Assembly: GCF_036321535.1 (NCBI RefSeq)
Contig: NC_087446.1
Span: 4,342,001 to 4,406,000 of the forward strand
Direction: 5' to 3'
DNA from: Camelus dromedarius
Taxonomy: Eukaryota
Length of the DNA stretch: 64,000 bases
The stretch's first letter is position 1, and each line of letters begins with the position of its first letter. Positions 39,136 to 52,070 of the stretch are shown piece after piece. The position numbers and the translations under genes were made by a program. The notes below the pieces were generated by a model. That model was given only the letters and a program-made list of their open reading frames with translations, was not told where the DNA came from and did not search any database.

Positions 39136-40364
39136 TGGTGACTAACCATAATTCCAGAATTTATAGCTCCCTTCCCAGGCCACCCTTACAGAAACAGTCC
39201 CCCCCAACAGCCCCGAGATTTCTGCCTTCAGTGGGGAAACCAAGACTGTGACTTGTCCAGGCAGGATGTGGGCCCAGGCCTGGATCCTTCCAGAGCCTGT
39301 CTGCTTTCCACGTGCTGCAGCAGCTTCCTGAACTGGTCGGGGAACGTTCTGGACTCCCCAGAAGCTGCCTCCAGGTGCTGTGACACGGTCAGTTGACCCT
39401 GCCAGCCAGGGCCCAGCCCTGAGAGGAGCTTGTGGGTACGGAGCTCCAGACCTATTTATCTTGGCACCACGGAGTCCCACCCCTGCCCGGCACACAGCTG
39501 CTGTTCGGGAATTGTCGGACAGATCTGAGGATGACACAGGCAGGGTCGCTGCCCTGGGGGAATAAACTCACTCTGCATGAGGGCAGTGAGCCAGCCTCAC
39601 ATCCCAGCACCAGGGACACGCAGCCAAGAGCCGGGCGGCCTCTCCCCTCTGGTTTGGGCCCTGCCGACCTCCGTGCGATGGCCTCGGGGGCCTGCCCTTT
39701 GCACATCTACTCACAGGGCCCAAGCTGATTCCAAAGTCCCTAGCTGTCCTGGAACTGAGTCACAGCGGAGGTTGGTGGGATCCTGGAGGACAAATCTGGT
39801 CCCCACATGCATCTGTCTGCCTCCATCGGTGCCAGCAGCTCAGCCCATGGCCACATCACCCAGGAATACCCAAAGAGGACACATCCTCACGGAATGAAAA
39901 GCCCCACTGGCCCCAGCTCTGAATTCCTCCCCACTTGCGGTCCCAGCTGGCTGCCAGCTGTAAACAGCCCAACGAGACGGCCCCGCGGGGCCGGGAGCTG
40001 CAGTAGCAAAGAACATGGGTCTTTGTCTCAGTTGGAATTTTCTCCCCCAAATGACATTGGCTGCGGTGGGCCTGTTGTGTGGAAGCTCGGTTTACAAAGC
40101 CCCAGGCTCCAGGGCAGGGGGCCCGGCGGGGAAGGCATCATTACCCAGCCCCTTCTCTGGGCTGACGCTGTTCCCCTGTGGGTCCAGTCAGCACAAGGGG
40201 CCCCACCTGACAGATGGAGAATCTGAGTCAGGGGGCCAAATCACAGCCCAGTCGCCTTCTTCCCAGCCCCAGACATCGGCCTCCCCGTTGCCACATCCCG
40301 GGACCTCCAGGCCCTGCCTAGTCCCCCAGGAGGCCTGGATATTCACTGTCACTCCAGCCCCACA

Positions 40365-40766
40365 TGACAGACTCCCTCCTGGAGAAAACTTTCCTCAGGC
40401 TTCCTGAGTGTCTTCTCTTTGACCTTGACCTGCCAAGCCCAGTTTGAGCAAAGAGTTCTGCTGAGTCAGTTCATCAAGGATGCCCCTCCTCACTCTCCTC
40501 ATCCCCCACCCTTGGTACCGAAGTCCCTGACCCTGTAGCCAGAATCCTCTGGGGTCAGTTTAGCAAGAATTCCCCTTCCCTTGATACTTAATCAAGTTCC
40601 TCTTAGTAAGTTTCCGTCCGCTGACCCCTCACTCTGTGCCTTGGCTGGGAACCCCCAGCTGTCCTTGCCATATTCGGAAGTTGACTTCAGTCTCTTGCCC
40701 CGTGTTGCAGTGGCCTTGAATAGAGCCATTTTTAGCAAGCGCCTGATGCAATTTTTCTCTTTATCA
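40365..40766 (+). mobile_element. ERV1 solo LTR, MER31-like
   Basis: starts tgacagactccctcctggagaaaacttt...caggct (MER31/MER67-type start), 'gtcagtttagcaagaat', ends tttatca; TG..CA termini with 4-bp TSD caca/cacg. Confidence 0.75.
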
Positions 40767-42039
40767 CACGCCCCTCGGCCCCCACCAGCCTGGCCATCTT
40801 CCTGAAGCTGCTCACCCCTAAAATCTTACTCTGTGTCTTGGCCTACAGCAAGTTTGACAGTCAGAGCCCCGACTTCGCACCCTGGCTCCCCTCCTGGGTG
40901 GGCTCGCTCAGCTCCCGGCACCGTGGCCACGTCTGTGAAGCAGGAGCAGGGAGGGGAGGGACCACAGGCACAGCACGGGAGGCAGCTCTCAGAGCAGAAC
41001 AGGTGCTCTGCATCAGGGCTTGCTTTCTCCTCCAGCTCCTGTTTACAAGATGCCTTAAATCTGCCGGCAAAGAAAGACTGCACGTTACTGGGATATTCTG
41101 TCTTCCAACAGGGACAACAAAATCCCAGGTGGTGTGCAAGGGGCCACTCAGAAACGGTGACATCTGCCCAGCTCCCGCTTCCCCATTTATCGCGCTATTT
41201 CAGTGCTCAAAAGGACAGGCAGGTGGCCGGCCGCAGAGCCGAAATTGAATAAAAGAACTGGGAGTTTATTGGACGGTCCCGACTCGGCCCAGCGGGGCGT
41301 GGGTCTTCAGCGAGATTGAATTGGCTGTTTGTTTTCTCCTCAACTGGAGCAGCAGGGCAGGGAGTCGTGAAATGTTTCCGATGTCTGTTCGGAGTTTCTC
41401 TTTTTATCCTCAGGCAGGCAGCTCTCGGAACTGGCCAGAATGTTGGCTGTGAGGCAGCGAGTGCCTGGCGGGAGGTCTGGCTCCCAGGGTAGGGCCTGGT
41501 GGGGTGAGACTTAGGCATGAGCTCCAAACTCTTCTGGAGGATGAGCACTTGGAGGCCTGCATTTTTTATTCAGGGACACAGAGGCCCAGAGAAGGTAAGG
41601 GGCCAGCCCAAAGTCACACTGCACGTGGGTGCGGGAGTTGGGAGCCAGGATGTGCAGATTCCCTTTCTTTTGTACCTTTTTCAAAAGTCACCTCCTCCAT
41701 GAAGCCTTCCCTGCATCCACCACCCTGTCCAGGCTAGATCAGGTGCCCTCTGGGCCCCCACAGCACATCAGGGTCCTAGCATCAGAGCCCAGATCATGCT
41801 GCATTGCAGCCACTGCTGCTGCGCCTCCCTCCTTGAGGACAGATGCTTCTGGGCACAGAGGTGGCAACAGTAACTCTGAATGAATGCATGCACATCTGTC
41901 CCTCTTCTGCACATGGTGGTGGGCAGAGGACCCCTTGCGAGGCTCTCTGGTCTCCATGGCAGCCAGCTCATTCCTGGCAACTGACAGCTAATGACAATCA
42001 CAGTGTTAATAATAACAACAATAAAAATAACCAGGACAC

Positions 42040-42180
42040 TCCTGCCACCACCAATTACTGAGCCGTACTACGGACCAGGTGCGCGTCCGCTGCCCTTTAC
42101 TGAAGGCTCGTGACAGCCGTGGGAGGTGGGTATTATTACCCTCATTTTTCAAATGAGGAACCAGGGACAGGAGAGCTGAC
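42040..42180 (-). mobile_element. MIR SINE
   Basis: 'gggtattattaccctcatttttcaaatgaggaacc'. Confidence 0.6.
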
Positions 42181-42295
42181 TTCTTGTTTGATGAGCGAGG
42201 ACGTCCCTCCCAGACAGACAGTTCCAGACGGGGTGGGGCTGCGAGCGGGGCCACAGGGTGAGGGCTGGGGGCCGGCTGGTCGGAACTCGGCAACG

Positions 42296-42745
42296 GTATC
42301 AGCGTGTCGGGCTGCTGTAACGAAGCACCAGGCTGGGGGGCTTAAGAATAACAGACATTTATACGCTCACAGTCTGGAGGCCAGACTCCGAGATCAAGGT
42401 TTTCGCAGGACTGGTTCCTCCTGAGAGCTCTGGGCAGGGTCTGTTCCAGGCCTTTCCCCCCGCTTCTGGGGGCTTGCTGGCGATCTTTGGCGTTCACTGG
42501 CTTGTAGACACATCCCCCCCATCTCTGTCCCCATCTTCACACTGCCTTCTCCCTGTATGTGTCTGTGTCCAAATGTCCCCCTTTTATTAGGACACCAGTC
42601 ATGTTAGATTAGGCACACTCTAGTGTGGCCTCAGCTTCATTATTTCTGCAACAATCCTATTTCCAAATAGAGTACCACATTCTGAGGTATTAGGGGTTAA
42701 AACTTCAACATGTGAATTCTGGGGGGCACAGTTCAACTCATAACA
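42296..42745 (-). mobile_element. MaLR MLT1C-like solo LTR
   Basis: 'gggctgctgtaacgaagcacca...ctcacagtctggaggccaga...gagatcaagg...aggacaccagtcat...ttccaaata...cacattctgaggta...cacagttcaactcataaca'. Confidence 0.85.
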
Positions 42746-43944
42746 GCAACCCAAGGGTATCCAAGGGAGAGCTGCAGGTGGTCTGGGCCAGCCACAGGAT
42801 GAGGGAGGCCAGGCTGAGTGCCAGGTGGGCACTGGGGACAGGCCAGCTGGGGCAGGGACCCGATGGGGGCGCTGCAGGCACCAGCACGCGTGGGAAACCC
42901 GCAGCTGGTCAGGGACGTGTTGCCTTGGTTCCCCATCAGGGTGAATGTTTCCACCCCTCACCCTGCTCCTCAAACCAGAAACCTAGGGTGGTCCCTGCCC
43001 CTGCCTCTCCCTCAGCCCTCAGTTCTGACCTCCCACCACTTAAAGAATTCTTGAGTCTGTTTACTGCTCTCAAATAAGCAAGTGCCTGTATGAGGCAGCA
43101 GACGGCCATGAATGCTTCAGGGAAAAAAAGCCAAGAAGGCAAATGGGAAGCGTCAGAGGTGAAGGGTGCTTGGGAGAGGCTTCCTCTTGTAAATGACACG
43201 TCAACCAAGGTGGGAAGGAAGGAGGAAGCCAGCCTCGGAGAGACTGGGGGCAGCAGAACTACCTGGGAAGCGGGGCCAGCCAATGAGAAGGCCCTGGGGC
43301 AGGAATGTGCTTGCTGCCAGGAGCAGCTGGAAGGACAAAGGAGCTGGACTGGAGGAGGGGTCGGTGGGAAGGACAGGGGAAAGGAGGCCTCGGTAGTGAG
43401 CTGGTTACCTCAGGTGCCCCTGGCCCAGGACTCAACCTCTGACCCGGCCCGAGCATCCCTATCTGGAGGCAAGAGAAACCTCAACACCCAGATCCCAGTC
43501 CTGCCGCATCAGGCCCCCCAGCCATCCTCTCTGCACAGCTCGGCTCCCAATCCTGCAAGAACAAACGGTGTGCGATTTTCATTATTGAAATCCCTTTCTA
43601 TAGCAATATCATGAAACCCTGGGTAGGAGCAGTGCAGAGAGCCCCCAGAAATAATGAAATAAAGAGGATGACGGCCTCACTATGAACGGAAACTCCGTCT
43701 GCAAAAACCACACAAGGGACCCCAATATTTCTCAATCTCCCCGTGGCTTGAGTTTAATTGCCACAAAGTACCGTTTTCTTCCTTACGCTTTAATCAACCA
43801 ATTTAGATATATTACCATGCTTGACACGGCCTTGATTTCTGATAAATGAAACACAAATTTTTTTTAAAAAAACACTTGCACAGCGGAGAGCAGCAGGCTT
43901 GGCTCCCTGCCCGTGGTCTGCCCGGTGTCTCCGCAGAATCCTGG

Positions 43945-44440
43945 TTGGTTCGTTCTTCAGCTCATTTTTGCTGAGGGCCTACTATGTGCCGGGCCCTGGG
44001 GCCACAGCAGAAGGTGAGCAGATACAGAGCCCTGCCTCAGGGGTTAGAGGCGGGGAGCTTCCAGGTGGACGGGGTTTGTCACAACAGAACAAAGGAACAC
44101 AACGCACAGCCGGTCAGGAGGCACTTCGGCCATACAGGGTGGAAACAGAAACAGAACAGAGGATGGGAATCTTAGCAGGAGGACGGGCAGTGAGCCCCCC
44201 TGAGGCCTCATGGAAGAGCTGACATTTCAGAAGAGATTTGACAGAGGTGAGCCGAGATGCCGTGTGGGTCCCAGGACAACTGCGTTGCGGGGAAGGGCTT
44301 TGATCTGGGTGTGACGGGGCCATGGAGGGTGGCAGTCCTGCGGCTACCACTGACTGGCTCTGGTGAGTTCTGCAAAGGGACAGACAGACAGGCACCCACG
44401 GAGCACCTGCCACACACCTGCTGGGAGGCGCAGGGAGTGG
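43945..44440 (-). mobile_element. L2 LINE fragment
   Basis: 'gctgagggcctactatgtgccgggccctgggg...gaggcctcatggaagagctgacatttcag'. Confidence 0.6.
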
Positions 44441-47400
44441 GGGTGGGGGACCACCTGGGATCTCCGGGAACAGGGATTTAGCTACAAGCTACGGGTCCTT
44501 CATGAGGCTCAAATCCTCCCCCTTCTGCCTCAGTCCCCTGCCTTACACACCGGGGGTCATTCTCTGGGCTGGAAAGGGACCCTGCCCGGACCCTGTAACA
44601 GTCTCGAAATCTCCACGGTCAGCTCATGCGTCCATCTCCACGTCGACACAGGTGCCTCCAGGTCCCCAAGACCCAGTACACAGGCCCAGGCAGGAGGAAG
44701 GCCCAGGGCCCCACACGCCCCACCCTGATGGACAGAGCAGTGAGCTCAGCAGCCTGGACACAGTGTGTGGTGGTCTGGCCCCGGGACAGGGCCACTTAGC
44801 CTGCGGAGCTGGAGAGAGAGTGAGGGCCCTGGGCTGAGTCAGGGCTCTGCTGTGTTTCCTTTCGACCAAGGAAGCAAGTCAGCAGAACCACAGCCCCCTG
44901 GGCTCCAAACGCAAACCCCACCCTGGCTGCCTCCTGTCTTAACATCCTCCGCAAACCAGCAAGGTGGGCTTCTCGAATGCGGAGCCCGACTCCGGGCTGC
45001 TGCCGCTCCCCACCCCCAGCCCCTGGTTCTCTGACACCCATGCCCGGGGGACTCACTGCTGGGGTCCCTTGTTCTCCCAGGTGGGCTCAGGGCCCCCCAG
45101 GCACCACAGCTCCAGCAACACAGGACGGACTCTCCAGCTGGTCCCGTCAGGCTGGCGGTGAAGGAGGCGGCAGACCCCTCCCCCTTGGAGACAGGATAGG
45201 GCAGAAGCCACTGGTCCCTCCAGTGTCCCTCTGCTCTGATCCGTTGGGGAGCCTGAGTTGGGGAAAGGTCCCTGTTCATTTTCGGCGTCTGGGGAAGCTG
45301 CCTCACTGGTACCTCCTCGACACGTTGGTCCAAACTTCAGCTCTGTTTGTCCACTACAGGTGCTAAGCAGACACCAGCCTACGGCACTCGGCCAGGAACC
45401 GGGATGGGGTGCGGGGATGAGGGGGAGGGAGACGGTGACCCTGGACAGCTGCTGCAATTGTCCAGGCAAGAGTGACGGTGGCTCAAATGGGGTTGTCGTG
45501 GACGGAAGTGGACAGTCCAAACTGTGGTTATGACCTAAGCCCACAGAGCCTGGCAGAGCCAAGGAGAGGCAACTGATTGGAGGGCAGGATGGAGCCAGGG
45601 CCTGCGGGAGGGGGTTAAGGACAGGAGAACCCAGAGTTCCACTGCGGACTTGGGGCCTGAGCACTTGGAAATGCAGGTTTGGCACTCAGGAGAGAGACTA
45701 GGGCTGAGATTTGGGACTTGGCGGTCCACAGATGGACAAGAGTGCCAAGGTTATAAATATAACCAAGAATTCCTCCCTGCCACCTTCTCTCCAAGGGAGC
45801 AATTCCTGGTACGCAGCGTTCACCACTATACCCTTGTTGAATGAATGAATTCTTATTCCAGGCTTGGCGGGAGGGTTTAAGCTGAGACCTTAGTGCAGAA
45901 TAGTCCTTATTACATGGATTGTATAAGATCCCCCTGAGGCCACTGGGTATCAGGAGACTGTCAGGAGGAGCGAGGAGAGCACAAAGTCAGCCGTCTTGGG
46001 AAAGCGCCCGACCTGCAGGGCAAGGTCACAGCGGTGGGGCAGGCAAACACCTGTGCGCTCACCTCCAGCTGCTCCACCAGGAGAAGCCGGTCTGTGGCTC
46101 TGCCAGCAGCTCAGGACTCTGTGCAGCTCCAGGGCTGGGAGGTGGATGGGCCGGAGAGCTATGGCTGGGACGCTGCAGGGCAGTGGCACCTTCTTCTCCT
46201 GGAGCTGCAGCCCTTGGAGCCCAGCAGGCCCACCCAAGCCCAGTGGGGAATCGCCCCTGGGCCGGAGGCCAGCAGTGCAGGGAATTCACCGGCACAGTGA
46301 CCTATGCTGGCCAACTCGCCAGATGAGGACCGCTCGCTGATGCAGCGATGGGCAGCGGTGGTTGGAGCCCAGGGTCCTACTCAGCAGCAGAGGGTCCCCT
46401 CAACTCTCTGAGCCTCAGGCTCCTCCTCCACCAAATGGGTGGTCAGGGAGCAGGAGTCTGATCGTAGTCGGAGGTGGCCGTGATGACTTGGTTGCAGGGT
46501 TGGAGCTCTGGGCAGCACAATGGGGGGCAGTTTTATTTGTTAACAGTCACGCGTTTTCCTTGTTCTCTCTGGTCCCTGAACAAAAGCCCTCAGCCCTCTG
46601 GCCACATTTGGGTCACAAGTCCCCCTGCTCCATCCGCGTTCACCCAGCTGTAGCATCAGCCTCCTGTCTGTCCTCCACGCAGTTTGGTGGCCAGAGACTG
46701 GGAGTGTGCAGAGCCACCATGATCCCATCCTTCCTCCTCCCCGCCCTGCCCTCCAGGGCAATGGGAGCATGGAAGTCTCCAAAGCAGGGACCTGGCAGGG
46801 TCAGGTCTGATTTTTAATCCACAGTCTACACAGTCTGTCTCTACTGGCCCCAGATCCAGATAAACCCCAGTGGCATGAAACCCCAGGGGGGCTGCTAACC
46901 CACCCATGTGTGTGTGAATTGCTGTTGCAATATCCTTGGGAGGCAGAAGACCAGATTATATTTGATTACCCCTAGGGATGGGGAGCTCTCTACCTGAGGG
47001 CCGGGGGCTATTCCTCCAAATCCACTCAAACGGTCTCCCTGCTGGTCCCAGGCCTGCCCCCTCGGAGTCACAGAGAGCACAGTCTTTCCTTTCCCTCCCA
47101 GCTTGGCCCTGCAGAGGTCACCCACTGTGTCAGCCACCACACCCAGTCCATTGCACGAGGAAGCATGTCACCAATACCACACACCTACTATGTGCCTCAA
47201 AAGCACCTACTATGTGCCGTTTTGCATACGTATCTCCCACTACAGCACCATGCGCCCGAGATGGGCCAGAACTCTCACTTCATACAGAAAGAAATGGACT
47301 GGGAGAGAAAATACTGGTCCAAGGTCACAAAGACTGTGAGTGGCTGGTCTGGGGTTTGTCTGAGGCTATCGGATTCCAGAGCAATGCTTATCTGAGCTGC

Positions 47401-47825
47401 TAGATGCTCCGGCCTGTTCACATGGAAACAGGGGAGGCCAAGGCAGCAGTGTGGAGGAGGGTGAGGGCAGGGGCCTGGGACGAGGGCCTCCACCCTTCAA
47501 GTCCCCTGGCAGGTGGCAGGATCAGGGTGGCAGCCCCGAGCCAGCTCCACACCCTGAAGCAAGGAGTGATTGCTTCCTCACCTGGGAAACAGAGACCAGA
47601 GGACAGGTGTCTTGCTGAAGGTCACCCACTAGTAAGTAACCCAGCAGGGACTCAAACACCTTTCCATGCTCCAGGCAGGGCCCCAAGGACAACAGCTGAG
47701 CGCTGAGCCTGCGCTTTCAGAGATGGAATCCCTTTTCTCCCTCCGGCTCCTCTCCTCCCTCTCAAACAGCTGGCAGGGCTCAGCCGAGCCCCAGAGACGC
47801 CAGCAGCAGCTGGCCACTTGGTGGG

Positions 47826-47988
47826 GGCAGGGTGTGCCCCCCCTACTCCCCTCACACACACAGGGGCGGGAGGGCGGCAGGATGTGTCCCCCCTCAACAC
47901 ACACACACACACACAAGGGCGAAAGGGCGGCAGGGTGTGTCCCCCCCCCAACACACACACACACACGGGCGGGAGGGCGGCAGGGTGC
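47826..47988. repeat. ~50-53-bp minisatellite, 3 units, each with an internal (CA)n
   Basis: ggcagg(g/a)tgtg-Cn-(ca)n-gggcg..agggc units starting at 47826, 47876, 47929 and a partial at 47979. Confidence 0.85.
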
Positions 47989-49469
47989 TCAACTTCCCAA
48001 GCTATTCTTAGCTCCTCAGGGTCCATAAGCAAGGTCACCCTCTTGTCCCCGAGAGAGCAGTGACTCAGATTTGGACATGCTGACGGAGGGGCCACCCTGC
48101 TCCGGAAGGTGGAGGCTGCTCCTGGTCCCGAGGACCGGCCAGGGTGAACGAGGTGGGCTCACGCCCCACCTCTCACCAGTCCAGTCTGCAGTCACTTGGG
48201 CAGACAAGTGATTCCACAGGGATCACATTCGCCCGCAGGTGCCAAGGGCGTGAGCCCCGGGATGCCTGTCTTCGCAGGTGCCTCCCCAGCACCCAGGACA
48301 GCGCCTGGCACACAGGAAAGGCTCCATAAACATTTGTTCAACAAGCTGATTAGTCTGTTCAGTGGTCCCAGCCTTATTTTTCAGACATACACTGTCTGGG
48401 GCAGGGGCGGGTGGAAGGCAGACACTGTATTCATAATAATCACAGTCAACCAACCGGTCATGAGCTCTGGGCGTGTCAGCTGCCACAGTAAGCCCCCTCG
48501 CACCTCACTAGTCCTTGTGGCAACCATGCTGGCCAGAAGGCCTGCTTCTCCTTGTTTTACACACGGGGACGCCAGCCGTGGTGAAGCCAAGGGTCACCTC
48601 CCACGGGGACTCCAGAGCCAGGCTGGAAACTCCTGCGCTAACTTGAAGATGGCGGGCTGTGAAGGGAACTCCATGAGAGAAGGGATCTCACTGGGCCCCG
48701 AGGCAGGTGGTGGGACTGGCATCCAGAAGGGGCACAACGTGAGTCCTGACCCAAGGCCCTGAAGGAGCCTGCCGTGGGAGGACAGCAGGGGCTCTCACTG
48801 TGTCCGCAGTCACTGGCTGTGAAGCGCTGGGCATGCCAAGAAGGCTAGGTGTCCGTGGCTATTGGGGACCAGAGGACGACTTGGGGCAGACAGGTAACAG
48901 GACTGGGACTGTGTTTTGCCGCGATCCCTTTGGCCACCACGTGGGAGGTGCGTGGGAGGGCCTAGGGCAGCTAAGGGGGGCTGGGGACCCCATCTATCCA
49001 GAGTTGTGGGGTCTGAAGTCAGAGGTGTAGATAGTTGGCGCTCCAAGGGGTGGTGGGCTGGAGGGATGAGACGGCAGCCAAGGATGACGTGAGATTCCAG
49101 ACGTGAGTGTCTAGGGAACGGGACACCCTGCCCTGATGTGGAACAGATAGAAAATATTCAGGCTCTTGCCCATCCTTTTGACCTCTTGTCCACTGCTCCT
49201 CTGCCTCCCTGCCCGGCCCACCCAGTACCCCATCTGCTTGACCGAGCCCTGCCCACCTCTCCATCACAAAGCACACATCCAGCCAGGCTCCTGCCTGCCT
49301 GTCTACCCACCAAAACACACAGTCAAGCAGCCCTCATCTCCCCATCCTCCGTGCAATCTCCTCTAGTAGTAGTTACAAGCATTAAGTGAGTTATTAATAT
49401 GCTTGGAACAGTGCCTGGAGCCTCAACACACATTAGCTATGGGTAGAGTGTTACTACTGTTGTCACTGT

Positions 49470-49760
49470 CCATCCAAAGACCCCCTGCTCACCATTCACC
49501 CAGTAACCCATCTAGCCACACTTCTATCAGCACCCATCTGCCCATCACTCACTTCTCCGTCTATCCATCAACCCGTCCCTTCATTCATTTCCCCATGAAG
49601 CTATCCATCCAGCCAGCCATCTTCCCCATATTCATCTGTCCATGAACCCACTCGCCCATCATCCACCCACCAACTCACACATCCATTCATCCATCCACCC
49701 ACCCACCATCTTTTCACTCATTCCCACATTCCTCCACACGTCCACAAATCCTCATTACTG
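49470..49760. repeat. Degenerate (CCAT)n/(CCAC)n low-complexity tract
   Basis: recurrent ccat/ccac/tcat tetramers. Confidence 0.7.
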
Positions 49761-50699
49761 AATGTCCAGTTCTCTGCTCATTTCCCAGGATGCAAACACA
49801 TGGAAACTTGAATCCGACACAAGGACTCTAGTGTTGTTGGGAAAGGCTGGCCAACACAGAGCAATCACCTATCACAACAAAGATCTGGGCTCCAAAGGCC
49901 AGATGGAGGTAGAAAAGGCCGATCTGAGCTGACTAATCAGGGGAGTCTTCCTGCAGGAGGGCGAGCTGCCTAAAACTATGGTTTCCCAGGGCCCTCCCCA
50001 GCACCAGTTGAGCCAGCTAGTTTGCACAAACCAAGCTCCAGTGCTGCTCCACTCCACCCACTGCCTCTCTGGTTGCCTCTCACCACTGCAAAAATTATCT
50101 TGTTATTTTTTTCTGATGACAAAACTAAGCTGCTGAGATGGCAAGCTTGCGCATGGCTTTATAATAATAATAATAATAATAAATTAGCACTCCATGCTGA
50201 AGGTTTTGGGTCCACCTGTCAGCCCAGGGGAGGGAGGAGTAGAACTGGGAAGGGCCTAGGAGATGAGGAAGAGAGGATTCTAATTACACCGTGGAATGAA
50301 TCACGGCACTTTTACGGACTTCGCACATTATTATCTGCCGTGGGATGAGCAGCTTATTTGGGGTGTGGGGAGAATCAATTAAAGTTGGGGATGCGCTCAG
50401 AGAGCTGAGCTGAGGATGAAAGGTGCGAGGCAAATGCCAAGTATACTTATTAATAAAATATTGGTGCCAACTTGCAGATGTGGCCAGACTGTGCGCTGGG
50501 TGTCCCGGGGGGAGCTGGGAGCGATGTCATTTGCTCCTGGCCTCCTGCGCTAGCTCGCTGAGCCTAGCCCATGAGAACCACTTGTCTCACACTGAGGCCC
50601 GCTCCAGTCTGGGCCCTGAGTGGACAGTGTCGGGGACACTGAGCCGGGTCAGACCCGGGCCAGTCCTCAGAGAGCTCCGGGTGGGGATGGAAGCACAGT

Positions 50700-51060
50700 A
50701 TCACTCAGCATGGCCAGGGCTGTGTCTGGCGGAGAAGCCTGGCTCAGAGAAGGCTTCCAGGAGAAGGAATCAAATGACCTGGGTCCTCAAAGATAAAAAA
50801 GAGCAAGAGAGAAGGTCCAGGAAGAGAAAGCAGAGAGAGTTGGGGCCTGGTCTGTTCAGAAAAGGAGAGCAAGCCTAGGGTGGCCTTGTGGCAGGAGATG
50901 GAGCTTGGTGGCAGGTGAATGCAGATTTCATCCAGAAGGAAGTAGGGAGCCACAGCAGGGTTTTGAGCAGGAGAGTGATGCTGTCAGATTTGAGCGCCAC
51001 ACAGATCCCTCTGGCTCCTATCGGAGGATGGCCCACTAGGGGGAGTGGCTGCGGGGCTGG
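50700..51060 (-). mobile_element. L2 LINE fragment
   Basis: 'cagagaaggcttccaggag...gtagggagccacagcagggttttgagcaggagagtgatg...agatccctctggct'. Confidence 0.65.
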
Positions 51061-51429
51061 AGATGGAGGGTTCCTGGGGCTCTGCCTGGTGGAGCCGAAA
51101 CACCTGGCTGCAACTGGTAAAGGTGGCAGCCCACGTCGTTAAGGGCAGAATTCCCACACAGGTTGGTCCCTGTGTCCGCGGCACTGACCCCATCCTGCAC
51201 TGTCTGCCTGGCCAAGGGCGTTGGTGGGTCATCACCCTGTGGGCTCCCCCTCTGGGGAGGCACCCGTGGCCCGTAAGCTGCAGCCGTCGCCCGTCCACAT
51301 CCAGCCCCTCTCCCTGCTGTGTTTGACGATGACTCTGCTTTCTCCCTCCTCCCCACGCTGGCCCGGAGGGCCCCTGACAGGTGGAGGATGAGACCTCAGC
51401 TTTTCGGACCAGAGGTTCTGGCCCAGGTT

Positions 51430-52070
51430 TGAGAGCTGGGCTCTGGGGTCAGGCAGACCCAGGTTTGAAGGGCCTCGGGAAAGCTACTTGTTAGCCTCAG
51501 TTTCTTTGTCTGTGAGATGGTCATGACCTCACAGTAACTGATGTGATGCTTGCCAGACACATCGAAAAATGCCCAGCACGAGGCTCAGGGGCGTTGCTTG
51601 TGGTTATTTTTACAATGCTGATGCCGCAAAGTGCTCAGCGTAGTGCCTCACACACAGTAGGTGCTTCAGACCCAGTGCCTGACATTACAATCAGTAAACA
51701 CCAGACTATAGGCCCTAGCTCCCAGCATGGGTAGAGAGGGGGCTAGCAAAATAGAGGCCCTACTGTGTGCCGGGCTTGGGGTGAAGACACTGATATGGCC
51801 TCAATCGACCACATATCACAGGGTCCCTGAAAGTTAGGAACTGTGGTCCCCATCTCAAAGATGAGGAAATCGAGGCTCAGAGAAGGAAGGTGACTTCCAC
51901 TGATACAAGGCAGACCCAAGAGTCTGACGCCGAAGCTGGGGCTTATTTTGTAATTTTCACGTTAAAATAGGACATAAAGGTGGCAAGGAGGCTTCATGTG
52001 CTAGGTGACCTCGGGCAAGTCACTGGACCTTTCTAAACCTCAGCTTCCTCATCTGTAATTAGGGCTCACG
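51430..52070. mobile_element. Cluster of MIR fragments in both orientations
   Basis: 'gcctcagtttctttgtctgtgagatgg' (+); 'agatgaggaaatcgaggctcagagaagg' (-); 'gtgacctcgggcaagtcact...cctcagcttcctcatctgtaa' (+). Confidence 0.7.

Noticed and set aside
47826..47988. CRISPR-like repeat-spacer array
   Set aside because: Mammalian DNA; the intervening sequences are related C/(CA)n runs, not unique spacers.
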